Positions 39,024-51,185 of a DNA stretch of 64,000 bases are shown in pieces. The notes below the pieces were generated by a model that was not told where the DNA came from, did no database searches, and saw nothing but the letters and a program-made list of their open reading frames with translations. The position numbers were made by a program, and so were the translations under genes. The first letter of the stretch is position 1. Each line of letters starts with the position of its first letter. Origin of the DNA: Felis catus (taxonomy: Eukaryota); contig NC_058368.1 of the NCBI RefSeq assembly GCF_018350175.1, positions 198,030,001-198,094,000 on the forward strand, given 5' to 3'.

Positions 39024-40415
39024 AGACGCTGTGGCAGCCATATTCCCTTGGCATTCACCTCAACATACCGAAGGCTGCTTACTCAAAAACCTATAACTTT
39101 GCCTGAGGGTGCTCTCTTTTCTAACTGTCAGAGTTCATCTAGCCCTTACTCCGGACAAGCCGGAAGTGCAAGAAAGTTAATGACCCTGGGGGGGACTCTT
39201 CAGCAATGATGGTCGGGATGTCAGTGGCTAATATCCCAGCTTCCTAGCTCCTTAGTTAGAATAACTATGAGGTGTGTTCTCTACTGGCACCCAGAGGTAC
39301 CCCATGGGATTGAGCTCCCATAGCCCATGTTGGTAACAGGCAAAAAAGTGTACCTTTTGTTGGATTTTTATTCTCTCCTTTCTCACTCCACTACTCCCAT
39401 GTTGGTTTCCTAGTATGCCTCATAACCCGACTACTCACACACTAAAATTCTGGTTATCAACTCCAGTGTGCATAGAAGGAGCGGCATTCCCCCGGCCCAT
39501 GAAGTAATGCTCTGACATCAGTTGTATGTGTTACTTGACTCAATTCTGACAGTGTCTACCCGGAGGTAACATCAAGTGGCACAGGTTAAAGGCTCAGTCC
39601 AGCAAGAGTGCCCCCACTCCAAATGCCAATCAAAAGTCCAGGGTGTTGCATATGCTTCTGACCAATTGGCTATAAATCTGAAATTTCCATGACCCCCTCA
39701 ATTAAGTTGCTAGAGGGGCTCACAGAACTCAGGAAACCCGTTTGCTCGCTAGATTACTGACATGTTTCAGACGCTATTAAAGGATATGAATCAACAGCCA
39801 GGTGAAGAGATACGTACGGTGAAGTCCCAAACAAAGGAGCTTCTGTCCTCATAGAGTTTGGGGCCTGGCATAAGGGCCTGTGGAACTATTTTGGTTCACG
39901 AGCCTGGAAGCTCTCTGAACCCCGGCCTTTTGGGTTTTTATGGAGGCCTCATTACATAGGCACAATTGACACTGGTCATTGGTAACTAATTCAACTTCCA
40001 GTCCCTCTCCATACCCTGGAAATCAGGGGGTGGGACTGAAAGTTCCAACCCTTTATTCATGCCCTAGCAACCAGCCTCCATCCCTAGGTGCCTTGCAAAA
40101 GTCATCTCATTAACATAAATCCAGTTGTGATGGAAAGGGGCTTGTGATGAAAAAAAAAGACACCCATTTTACCTTTATTGTCTCTGAAGTATTTTCAGGA
40201 ACTGAGGACGAGAGACCAAATATAATGACAAAAGATGCTTTCATTGCTGCTACTGCTCAGGAAATTCCAAGGCTTTGGGGAGCTGTGAGCCAGGAACCGT
40301 GGACAGTGGCCAAATACATATTAGAATTATAATTTGGTATATATTTCTTATAAATCACAATATCACACATTAAACTTGTGTCTCAGGATCTTCCTTTGTG
40401 GAAGCCCGAACCAGA
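39024..40415. mobile_element. LTR16-like ERVL LTR split by a nested MER21-like LTR (about 39450-40367)
   Basis: LTR16-like body at 39024-39445 resumes at 40368; insert has MER21 motifs (caattctgaca, aggctcagtcc, gctcacagaactcagg, ends tatcaca). Confidence 0.65.
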
Positions 40416-40626
40416 ATAGCAGCCTTCAAGTATTTGGTGGGGTTCCCTCATTCCCCTTCTTCTTTCTGCCCCCCTCTCTTCCCCATCTTTCCAAATGCAA
40501 TTCCAGCCCCAAAATTTAAGGGCTGTTTTTCTGACATAGCTATTACTGCAGTGTGGAACACACACCCTCTTTGCCTCAAAGATTTCTACGGCAATCCTCT
40601 TGGAGTAAGTAAGGAGTAGTTATTCA

Positions 40627-40846
40627 GGGGGCGCCTGGGTGGCTCAGTCAGTTGAGCGTCTGACTCCGGCTCAGGTCATGATCTCACAGCTCGTGAGTTC
40701 GAGCCCCGCGTCGGACTCTGTGCTGACAGCTCGGAACCCGGAGCCTGCTTTGGATTCTGTGTCTCCCTCTCTCTCTGCCCCTAACCCACTTGCATTCTGT
40801 CTCTGTCTCTCTCAAAAATAAATAAACATTAAAAAAAATTTTTTTA
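40627..40846 (+). mobile_element. CAN-SINE
   Basis: Consensus match. Confidence 0.93.
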
Positions 40847-40860
40847 AAGGATAGTTTTTA

Positions 40861-41455
40861 TGGGAACGCAAGCTGGTGCAGCCACTCTGGAAAACAGTAT
40901 GGAAGTTCCTCAAAAAACTAAAAATAGAACTACCCTATCCACGGGATACAGGTGCGCTGTTTCAAAGGGACACATGCACCCCCATGTTTATAGCAGCACT
41001 ATCAACAATAGCCAAAGTATGGAAAGAGCCCAAATGTCCATTGATGGATGAATGGATAAAGAAAATGTGGTATATATATACAATGGAGTATTACTCAGCA
41101 ATCAAAAAGGATGAAATCTTGCCATTTGCAACTACATGGATGGAACTGGAGGGTATGATGCTAAGTGAAATTAGTCAGAGAAAGACCAAAATCATATGAC
41201 TTCACTCATATGAGGACTTTAAGAGACAAAACAGATGAACATAAGGGAAGGGGAAACAAAACTAATATAAACACAGGGAGGGGGACAAAACAGAAGAGAC
41301 TCATAAATATGGAGAACAAACTGAGGTTTACGGGAGGGGTTGTGGGAAGGGGGATGGGCTAAATGAATAAGGGGCACTAAGGAATCTACTCCTGAAATCA
41401 TTGTTGGACTATGTGCTAATTTGAATGTAAATTAAAAAAAATTAAAACTTACCAA
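40861..41455 (+). mobile_element. 5'-truncated carnivore L1 (ORF2 C-terminus and 3'UTR)
   Basis: ORF 40876-41199 [20 protein letters not shown]...WMELEGMMLSEISQ. Confidence 0.92.
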
Positions 41456-41473
41456 ATAAAGTGGTTTTTATAC

Positions 41474-42020
41474 TATAGGGGCCAAGGGCAGGCCATCCCA
41501 AGATGGCCTCTTTGGCACAAATATTATTTTGAGTTAAAAAGCAATGGAAACCCAGTAGATTTAAGAAAAGCTCCTTACATCTCCCCTCCCCCCCTCAACT
41601 GCCTAAAGAGTTTAGATAGAGAACCTATTGCAAGAAGAGGACTCTCACCATAGATAACTACAGTTATGTATGATAGACACGGAGGAATCTGGCAAGACCT
41701 GTTTGATCAAAGTCCTCTATGTCCTATGGTTTCTGAGTGGCCCAGCAAATATTTGTTTACCAAACATTTACTTTTTTTCACCTTCCTGTGAATTGCACTC
41801 ATTCCCTTGGAAGTCCCAGACCCCCTACCCCCTTTTCCTTAACTCAGAATGACATAGACACCTTATTTTGCCTCACTGTCTTTGGAATTTTCACGTCTGT
41901 GGGGATTCCCTGTTCTTACACTATTAAATTTTATTTTCTCCTGCTTATCTGACTCATGTATTTTTGATTCTTTGGCTGGAGGGACTTTGGAGGGGACAGG
42001 AAACTCTTGCTCCCTCACAC
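41474..42020 (+). mobile_element. ERV1 solo LTR (MER34-like)
   Basis: ccaagatggcctctttggcacaaatattattttgagtt start motif, ATTAAA, ends ccctcaca. Confidence 0.65.
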
Positions 42021-43480
42021 TACAGAATTGGAAAATATTAACATTTCTAAATCTTTCAAGCATATAATGAATTGAAGAGAACAAGTACTTTAAGAAAATT
42101 AACATAATAAATCGCCACTTAAATTCAGTATTACTAAAATCTGACTAAACTACTGTAGTATTTAGACAATGATGACAAAGCAAAAACAAGGGACTCTGAA
42201 AGCAGTCTCTTTCAGACCAGACATACTAATTATTTTGTAACCTTTTTCCCCTTCTTGCAAAACAATGACAACGCTTACCAAGTCTTAAATAAAGGAAGGC
42301 TCATTGAAACTTTCAAATAAATAATAGTACTCAATGTTTATATTGTGGATTTTTTCACCATGGAGCTCTAAGAATTATCAAATAATCAGGGACTTTTTGG
42401 GTTCCCTACTTTACATCCAACATCATCTTACCCCTTGCCTTAACGAAGAAGTTTTAAAAGTGATTTCAAGCATATTATCATTACATTCTTAACTGGTTCC
42501 AGAAGTAGAGATTTAGTAGTTCATCATTTATTTTTTTTCAATGAATTGTTCACCAGTATAATAACTTTTCCGTTCACCCATCCATTCACCCACCCACTTA
42601 TCTAGCTACTTACAAATGTTTCTTAAACAGCCACCACAAGTGAGGTCTTATGCAGGTCTCAACGCAGACATGGGCCCCAGCTCTCACAGAACCAACGATA
42701 TAGTGAATTCTATAGCATAAATTCTAGTAAGATCTCTATAATTATACTGTTTCCATCTAAAATATTTTTTGGAATATATTTTTCGCAATTAAAACTCAGG
42801 AAATTAATTTGAGATATATAATATAAACTACACAGATATACACTTCGAAAGAGAATGGAGTCCTTGTGTAAAGATAGCTGAGTTCAACAGACCCTGACCT
42901 GTGCAGGCTGAAGTGATTAGAACACACAATGAGTTGTGCCCATCCCCCACTTGGCAAAGTAGGGTGGTGGCCCGTGGAAATCAACAGAGTAGTCAACTTC
43001 TGTTTTAATGTTTTGTTGAAATGCCTTTTATTTTTTATTTTTTATTTTTTTAATTAAGACAACAGAAGCTACAGGCAAGGCAAAGTTTGGGCTGAGTCTG
43101 TCCTAGATTCCCATGTCAAGTTAGGGTTCACAAATTCTTCTGTTTCCTGGTCTCTGAAGCGTCTAAAAAGGCAGATTAATAATTATTCCTGATTCACAGG
43201 ACAAACTGAATCATCATGCTAAGAGAAATGGAACATTTCCTCCTGAGAGATATCTACACATATTGCTTAGCTTTGGATGTCTCTCTGGGGGGATTAGCTC
43301 ACAGAGAGAGTTCTTAACAAGAGTCAATGTATTCACCTTCATTGACATGGCTTCACTATAGCAATTGCCGTAGCTGTTTTCTTTTATCTGGATTAGAGGT
43401 GGGTGATACAAATCTGGTAGTTTAGATCTTTCCCTCCCTCTGCCTTGGGAAATTGTTGACAAAACTACAAGAGAATCACT

Positions 43481-43720
43481 GGGGAGCCTGGGTCGCTCAG
43501 TCAGTTAAGTGTCCAACTTCAGCTCAAGTCATGATCTCACGGTTCGTGAGTTCGAGCCCCGTGTCGGGCTCTGTGCTGACAGCTCAGAGCCCGGAGTCTG
43601 CTTTGGATTCTGTGTTTCCCTCTCTCTCTTCCTCTCCCCTGCTTACACTGGGACGCTTTCTCTCTTTCTCTCCCTCTCTGTCTCTCAAAAATAAATAAAC
43701 ATTAAAAAAAAAAAAAAGAA
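43481..43720 (+). mobile_element. CAN-SINE
   Basis: TSD ctacaagagaatc. Confidence 0.92.
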
Positions 43721-43939
43721 ACAGCTACAAGAGAATCGGGCTTTAAATGTATAGACCCAGAATGACAGAATGAATTGTCCTGTAGGAATTCTGAATGACT
43801 CACGCGAGCTTTCTGTTCTTATGCTCATGTCTCAATTATAACAATTTTTCGGATCATAGTGTAGTTGTTTTGACATTCTCTCCATTAACACTATTTTCTG
43901 TATGTCACCTTTGTAATAATTTTTGGAGCATGGTACATT

Positions 43940-44100
43940 TGTTTATTTGTGTGTCCATGTTTGCTCACTAGGCTATGAGTTTCTGCAGGGCAAGAGTTGT
44001 GTCTTTTCCCTTTGGTATCTCCAGCGACCAGCACAGAGCCCTATACACAGAGGAGCTCAGTTAAGCGTTTGTTGAGTGAATGAATGAATGAATGAATGAT
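43940..44100 (+). mobile_element. L2 3' end with (GAAT)n tail
   Basis: tatctccagcgaccagcacagagcc...tttgttgagtgaatgaatgaatg. Confidence 0.75.
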
Positions 44101-44769
44101 TGGGAGAATCTCTCTGAATGCTCAATGGTGAGGATTCAGGAGTCTGTATCGATTGGTTGTTAACACAGTTGCTCTGCACAGTGGGCTGGTCTGACCACAT
44201 GTGGGCCTGCTTTGCTTTTCTACAACATTATTAATATTCAGGGTATTACAATATCCCACTATCTTCTAATGGAGTTATTTTTGTAACTTGGATGAAAAAA
44301 AAACTGCTATATTATTTCAAACGATTGTGAAATAATAAAACATACAAAAACCTCAAATGCCAGAAAACATAATTTTCATGGAACTTCACGAGAAACAGCT
44401 CTGCCAGATCCACTCACAAATTATACCCACAAGGAGAAATGGCCTTACAGAGTACCGAGTGCCATCCATTATTTGTATAATAGGAACAAGAATGTTTGCC
44501 ATGCAGCACTGTGTGGTTAAGATAAAAATATCTTCTCAAGTAAGCCAGGGCATTTCCTCCACGTTAAGCCACATGATGGAACAGTGAGGGAGAAATGATT
44601 TATTGATTATAACATTGAAAAGTTACTTTTCTGAATCAATTCTTGTTTAAATAGGACAAGGTTGAAAGCTAAAGCCATTTGAGATTTAGGATTCGGGCAC
44701 AGGGGCATAAAGAAATATGCTCGTCATTGTTTGGAGCACACATCAGGAAATTTTAGGTTTCTGGTTTTA

Positions 44770-45250
44770 TCTATTAGGACTGAGTGGGGACGTATTTAAC
44801 AGAAAGCTCCAAATAATAGTGGATTAAACCTAAGTGTTTATGATCTTTCATGTAAAAGAAGTCTTCAGGTAAAGAGTACAGGATTGACGTAAAGGCTCCT
44901 CCTCCTTTCTGCTTCACCATCATAAACACTTGGTTTCGATTCAAGTTTGCCTCGTGGTTCCAGCATTGCTGCTGGCGTCCTAGCGACCACATCTGCACTC
45001 CAGGCAGTAGGAGGAAGGAAGGGGGAAAGGTCACTCCTTCCTGCCGAATCAGCTCTCTTTAAAGGAAATTCCTGGAAGCCCCCATCCAATGATTTTCACT
45101 TACATCTCTTTGACCGCTTCTAGCAGTGACAGAGGCTGGAAAACACCATTTTCATTCTGTGTACATGTGTGACTCCAAATAAAATTTGTGTTTTGTTACC
45201 AGAGAAGAGAGGAGATGGCTGATGGGTAGCAAACCAGCAGCCTCTGCTAC
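44770..45250. mobile_element. Old MaLR LTR (MLT1J/K-like)
   Basis: taacagaaagctccaaataatagtggattaaac...cacatctgcactccaggcag...cacttacatctc motifs. Confidence 0.6.
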
Positions 45251-45558
45251 AAGAAGAACCAGACAGAACACAGCTAAAACAAAACGTCATTTTTTTCTCG
45301 GAGTTATTGGATAATCAGGGTACTAATGGGATCATGTATGCAGAGATACTCCAAGTGTGAGCACATTTCATGCCTGAGGCCAGAGCAGGGATGCGCAGAG
45401 TACTCTCTAGGGGAAAGGCAGGCTATTGATCTGTTGAAAAGTCTCATGGGGTAGTTAATATTCATTACCTTGGTGAATTTACCAAAGTTCAGGGTTTGGT
45501 CTCCATTATCGTGGGGATTGAGACTTGAGACTTGGCACAATGAGAGTGAATTTGACTC

Positions 45559-46085
45559 TTTTTTTTTTTTAATTTTTTTTCAACGTTTTTTATTTATTTT
45601 TGGGACAGAGAGAGACAGAGCATGAACGGGGGAGGGGCAGAGAGAGAGGGAGACACAGAATCAGAAACAGGCTCCAGGCTCCGAGCCATTAGCCCAGAGC
45701 CTGACTGCGGGGCTCGAACCCACGGACCGCGAGATCGTGACCTAGCTGAAGTCGGACGCTTAACCGACTGCGCCACCCAGGCGCCCCGTGAATTTGACTC
45801 TTTAAAAAGATTTTTTTGGGGGGGTGGGGAGGGTGCCTGGATGGCGCAGTCAGTTAAGCATCCGACTTTGGCTCAGGTCATGATCTCAGGGTTCGTGAGT
45901 CCAAGCCCCGCATCAGGCTCTGTGCGGAGCCTGCTTCGGATCCTGTATCTCCCTCTCTCTCTGCCCCTGCCCTGCTCACATTTTGTCTCTGTCTCTCAAA
46001 AAGTGAGTAAACATTAAAAAAAGCATTTTTTAAATGTTTTTATTTATTTTTGAGAGAGAGAGAAAGACAGAGCATGAGCAGGGGA

Positions 46086-46120
<35 letters not shown>

Positions 46121-46251
46121 AGAATCTGAAGCAGGCTCTGGGTTCTGAGCTGTCAACACAGAGCCCGACGCGGGGCTTGAACTCGTGAACTGCGAGCTCA
46201 TGACCTGAGCCGAAGTCAGAAGCTCAACCGACTGAGCCACCCAGGTGCCCC
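45559..46251. mobile_element. Cluster of three CAN-SINEs (45559-45787 minus, 45830-46022 plus, 46025-46251 minus)
   Basis: Three consensus matches; target sequence gtgaatttgactc present three times. Confidence 0.93.
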
Positions 46252-46296
46252 AAGAGTGAATTTGACTCGTAAAGAGAAGTTCAAATAACCCTAATT

Positions 46297-46364
46297 TAGA
46301 GGTTAAAAAATATTATCACAGATAGCAAAATAGAGGTTAAAAAATATTATCACAGATAGCAAAA
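46297..46364 (+). repeat. Perfect 34-nt tandem duplication
   Basis: tagaggttaaaaaatattatcacagatagcaaaa twice. Confidence 0.95.
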
Positions 46365-46799
46365 TGTGTATTTATATGCAATAAGAAATGCCTGTTACAG
46401 GGAGAAAAACAGTCACAGAGGTTTGCTTGGTGAGCGTGGGATTAGGAAAAGACCAGGTAAGTCAGCTGAATGCTTAGTGGAATTGGGCTAAAGTGAAAAT
46501 GGTCTTGCTGGTCCCTCCTTCCCTTTCTCATCATTTCTGGTTGGTCCACTGCCTGTGTTGCCTCCTTTTCCCAGTATCCACCGCTGCCCTCCTCCCCTTC
46601 AGCGTGGGCTGCTAATCTTAAGAATTTTTGACCTTCAAACGGCAGTCTTACAGGCTTGGGAACCTCACCATCTCTTCAGGGCGATCTTGTGGGTCTCTGC
46701 TTTGATCCCATATATATAAATGGAGTTTAAATTTTAACTCTCAGAGGACAATTTCCTTCTACTTACTTCTAAGTTCTCAAGACAAGCCTCAGGGTAAAC

Positions 46800-47110
46800 C
46801 TCGAGTAGGCTGTTACATAGACGTGTACCGTCAAAACCAGAACACGAACACAATCTTTTCGCGGTAGGGAATAAAAGGTGATGAGGAGAGCGTGCCATTC
46901 TGGAGCTGACCGATGTGACTCAGCAAAAGAGACTGAAGAAGTTAACGTTAGTAAACAGGAAGTCAACGTGTGAAACGTTAAAAGCAGGGCTGAGTCACTC
47001 AAGATACAAAGAACCCAAATGTGCAGAGTGCATTTGGTGCTCAAATAACTCGCAAGATGACATACGAATGGCTGTGCAGGTGTGCCTCGGTAATCCTGTG
47101 AAAGGGTAAG
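46800..47110. promoter_or_regulatory. Candidate enhancer 3' of GZMK (two AP-1 sites, FOX:ETS composite, T-box-like half site)
   Basis: TGACTCAGCA 46916-46925, GTAAACAGGAAGT 46951-46963, ACGTGTGAAA just downstream, TGAGTCA 46991-46997; non-repetitive, with many retained CpGs. Confidence 0.55.
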
Positions 47111-47721
47111 CTTTGGAGAGATCTAGAAGCATTACCCTAAGACAGGTGGAGCTATCTCCTTTCTCCATCACATGTGTTCCCTGTCCCAAACAGAGAGCTT
47201 AATCAAGAGGAAGAGAGTGTCTGGCAGACTGAGAACAGCTCTCCTTTAATGAGACACCTTTCTGAAGTAATCAAGTTTGAAGCACTTCTCTTCCTATCAT
47301 TTCAGGGTTAGTGGAGATTTATTACGTGCAGAGGGTCAGACAGTAGGACTAATTCTGCTACCTGGTTCTGGACTGGTTTAGTCACTCACCTGAATGCGTA
47401 TCCGTTTAGTTCTTGCATTATATTGGTCCTAATTGCTTTTAGGGCTGTCACGTTCTGTTAAAAATGGTTGGACGTAAAGTGAAGCATGAAGCTCTTTTCA
47501 GTATCTGTGGAGAAGGCAAATGTGACCCGTCCACAGTCGCAAAGAAGGGAAACAGTGGGATCATTTAGAATGACAGCAGCCAAGCATGTTCCCCTACAGT
47601 CTTTGAGCAGTTTTTAAAATCTAGGTATTTACCTCCTTTAGGCTCTCAGCTTTTGTTAGAGGCCATAGAGGGACTCACATAATCTCTCAAAGATGAAATT
47701 ACCCAAACTAAAACACTATAA

Positions 47722-47925
47722 TTTTTTTTAATGCTTGTATTTATTTTTGAGAGAGAGAGAGACAGCGTGTGAGTGGGGGAAGGAGCAGAGAGAGAGGGAG
47801 ACACAGAATCCGAAGCAGGCTCCAGGCTCCGACGGAGCCCAACGCGGGGCTCAAACTCACGAACTGCGAGATCATGACCTGAGCGGAAGTCGGAGGTTTA
47901 CCGACTGAGCCACCCAGGCGCCCCC
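47722..47925 (-). mobile_element. CAN-SINE
   Basis: TSD cccaaactaaaacactata. Confidence 0.92.
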
Positions 47926-48329
47926 CAAACTAAAACACTATATACTTTTAGTCTAGTTTGGGAAGATTTTGGAATGTTTCATAAAATACTACTTCCCTGG
48001 GAGGATGAGGGATACTTTTCAATTGTGGGCTCCATCATCAGTACTCGTCGTCAAAATAAACTGTTGACCTTCCAGTCAAAGAGTCACCAGATGTACCATA
48101 GCTGTTGACAGAAGCTTCCTCTCTGGCGGTCTTATCTGGTTTGACTATTGGATGGGAACAGCATGGAGTCTAAAATCAAAACAAGTCTCAGGTTTTAGTG
48201 AAAGTTTTCAGGATACTCACCAACTGTAATCAGAGGGCATCTCAGTAGTCCTTTGGCTAGATTAAAGAGACTAGCAACTGTATATTCCATAGATTTGGAA
48301 TTTAGATGAAATGTATAATACCTTCTAAA

Positions 48330-48529
48330 AAATGCTTATTTATTTATTTATTTTGAGAGAGAGAGAGACAGCAGGGGGAGGAGCAGAGAGGGAGAGAGAG
48401 AATCACAATCAGTCTCCTTGCTGTCAGTGCAGAGCTGGATGTGGGGCTCTGTCTCATCAGCTGTGAGACCATGACCTGGGCCAAAATCAAGAGACAGATG
48501 CTCAAATGACTGAGCCACCCAGGTGCCCC
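48330..48529 (-). mobile_element. CAN-SINE (older)
   Basis: Diverged consensus match. Confidence 0.85.
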
Positions 48530-49639
48530 TAATGGTGACTCCAGAGTCTCAATTTCCCCTTTCTTCTCTTAGAAAATATAGTCTGGGATTTATGGGCCAA
48601 AATCCGTATATTGTTAATGAATCAAAATGACACAAAATGGAATACCGAAACAACCTGTTTACTACTTACTTTCAAAGTGGTGCTATAATTTTAATTAGGT
48701 TCCTTTTTAACCCAGTGCATCTGCTCGTCTGAGTATTTCTAGTAGAGTAATCTTAGTGACTGATTTCTAAGAACCATGACAACAACAACAACAAAAAAAA
48801 CAAATAAAAGCATCCACCTTTATGTGAATGTAAGAAAATGCAATGGTGGCACCTAGAAATGAGCACTATTTATCCTCCGGAACCCAAATGAAATATGGAG
48901 GCTGAGATTGACTCTTTGGTTTCTGACTGTTGATGGAGAAGCCTGAATGACTCCCCCCATCCTCCACCACCATATTAGAAATTGTCAGAACTCTAATCAC
49001 GAATCAGGGGACAGTCACGGTCAAGGACAGTGAGACCCTTGGGTGCCCTTACTGAGTTCACAGTTCACACTGTAGGATTCATAAAAAACAATCCTAAGAC
49101 ACTTACTGTCCTTTTCTATTAGATGTTTTTAAGGGTGGCTTTATCAGTGGCTTTCAGAATTGTTCTTTTATCAGAATCAATTGAATTGCTTTTCAACAGT
49201 GCAGACCTTCAGGCCCACCTCAAGCCTATTAAATCTGAATTTCTGAGCGAGGGATTGGGGCAGTGTGTGTTACAAAAGTATCTTCACAAGGGATCTGATG
49301 CAGCCGAGAAGGATACAGGAACGCTGACACAAGGTCCTTCGACACAGATCACCCCAAGTTCTCTCCAGGCTCTGTGCCAGCCCCAGTGGTCCTACTTCTG
49401 GGCAGATAAGTTTATTTTTATTTCCTGGATATCGTAATTCATATAACTGATTGTGTTCCTCTTTTTGCATCGACTGATGTGAAGCATAAAGGCAAATATG
49501 GCTCCTTCGAGCAACAGTGTGGGAAGAAACTTGTGGCCCTTTGGGTATTAACACCCCTGTCTTCATCATTCTTCAAAGCTCTCATTTCCCCCTTTGCCTC
49601 GGTTTCTTTACCAAATTATTTCTTTGTTTATAATTTAAA

Positions 49640-49866
49640 AAATTCTTTTTTTACCTTTTTACCCCCTTCACCCATTTCTCCTCCCCCCCAACTCCCCACC
49701 TCTGACAATCTCCAATCTGTTCCCTATATCTCTAAGCGAGAAGATTCTGCCTAGAAGAGAGATCATATAGTATTTGTCTTTGTCTGACTTATTTCACTTA
49801 GCATAATGTCCTCAAGGCCCATCCATGTTGTCACAAATGGAAAAATTTCATTCTTTTTTATGGCTG

Positions 49867-49911
<45 letters not shown>

Positions 49912-50026
49912 TATAGAACAGATAAAGAAATTATATATATATACATATATATGTGTATATATATACATACATATATACACATATATATAATATATATGTA
50001 TATATATATGTATATATACATATACA

Positions 50027-50070
<44 letters not shown>

Positions 50071-50240
50071 CTTTATCTGTTCTTCCATCAATGAACACTT
50101 AACTTCTTTCCATATCTTGGTCATTATAAATGATGTTTCAATGCAGATATTTCCTCTCAAGTTAGTGTTTTCATTTTATTCAGGTAAATACCCAGAAGTG
50201 GAACTTCTGGATCACATAACATTTCTACTTTTAATTTTTT
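49640..50240 (-). mobile_element. L1 3' fragment containing an (AT)n/(AC)n microsatellite at 49870-50066
   Basis: gtctgacttatttcacttagcataatg and cccagaagtggaa motifs. Confidence 0.8.
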
Positions 50241-50394
50241 CAGGAAAAATATTTTTAGTTTCATATTTTATTTTATTGCAGGTATTTTTATACATTGCCT
50301 TAAACCCTCTTTGGAACAAAGTGACATCAGTAAATTATAATATTTATAGACCTTGATGATTCTTTCTTGAGTTGGAGTGTTTGCACTTACTGTT

Positions 50395-50608
50395 TCTTAT
50401 TTTATTTTATTTTATTTTATTTTATTTTATTTTATTTTATTTTATTTTAAAGTTTACTTGTTTATTTTGAGAAAGAGAGAATACCAAACAGGCTCCATGC
50501 TGTCAGCACCGAGCCTGAGGTGGGGCTCAAGCCCACAAACCACAAGACCATGACCTGAGCCAAAATCAAGAGTTGGATGCTTAACCGACTGAGCCACCCA
50601 GGCGTCCC
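50395..50608 (-). mobile_element. CAN-SINE with (TTTTA)n tail
   Basis: Consensus match. Confidence 0.88.
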
Positions 50609-50804
50609 ACTGGTGCTTATTTTAAAAATGCAGTTTAGGATAAAATCGTGGCAGAAATCACAGTATAAACCTGGCTGAAGGTGGAGCCTGGCTAAGGCCT
50701 TGCTTAATCACCTTTTGCCCTTTGTGAGAGTGTGAGTGGAGTGGGGGGTATATCGTTTGCCGGACCTCATTTCCATAAAAAGAAAACGCCATAGTCTTCT
50801 AACT

Positions 50805-50810
50805 TTTATT
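50805..50810 (-). terminator. GZMK polyadenylation signal AATAAA
   Basis: tttatt on + strand, about 200 nt downstream of the GZMK stop. Confidence 0.75.
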
Positions 50811-51011
50811 CAGAATGAAATCAGCATAGTAAAAATACAGCAGTTATAGATGTGGAAAAGAACTTGATTCCTTGACAAAATCAGTCCTAAGGGGGCAGGA
50901 GTGGTCCCTGACTGAGTTCCACTTAAACGACATCCAACTACATATGAAGATAAAGTGGCCTCTAGAACATCTTATGAAAACACAACAAGCCAGCTGGTGG
51001 ATCCAAGAAAA

Positions 51012-51185
51012 TCACTCGTGGTCGTAGTTTGCATGAGATGGGGCAAGCTTGCTTTTAATCCAAGCCTGGTATTTCTGGGTTATTAGGGTGTAGATTCCAG
51101 GCTTCTTGGGATGGCCACATTGATGACCTCCAGAGACTAAAGCATGGAAGGCACCTTTGCAAACCAAGGGGCCACCCGAGTCACC
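51012..51185 (-). CDS. GZMK: Granzyme K, exon 5 ([57 protein letters not shown])
   Basis: ttttcttctttccag acceptor, catalytic Ser (GDSGG), TGA stop. Exons sum to 61+148+151+270+174 = 804 nt = 267 aa + stop. Confidence 0.97.
   Translation of the reverse strand, partial: GDSGGPLVCKGAFHALVSGGHQCGHPKKPGIYTLITQKYQAWIKSKLAPSHANYDHE

Noticed and set aside
36100..50700. GZMA or granzyme pseudogene exons downstream of GZMK
   Set aside because: No IIGG, AAHC or GDSG exon found by eye (candidates near 43225 and 48080 do not extend). A TBLASTN search is needed to exclude very decayed relics.
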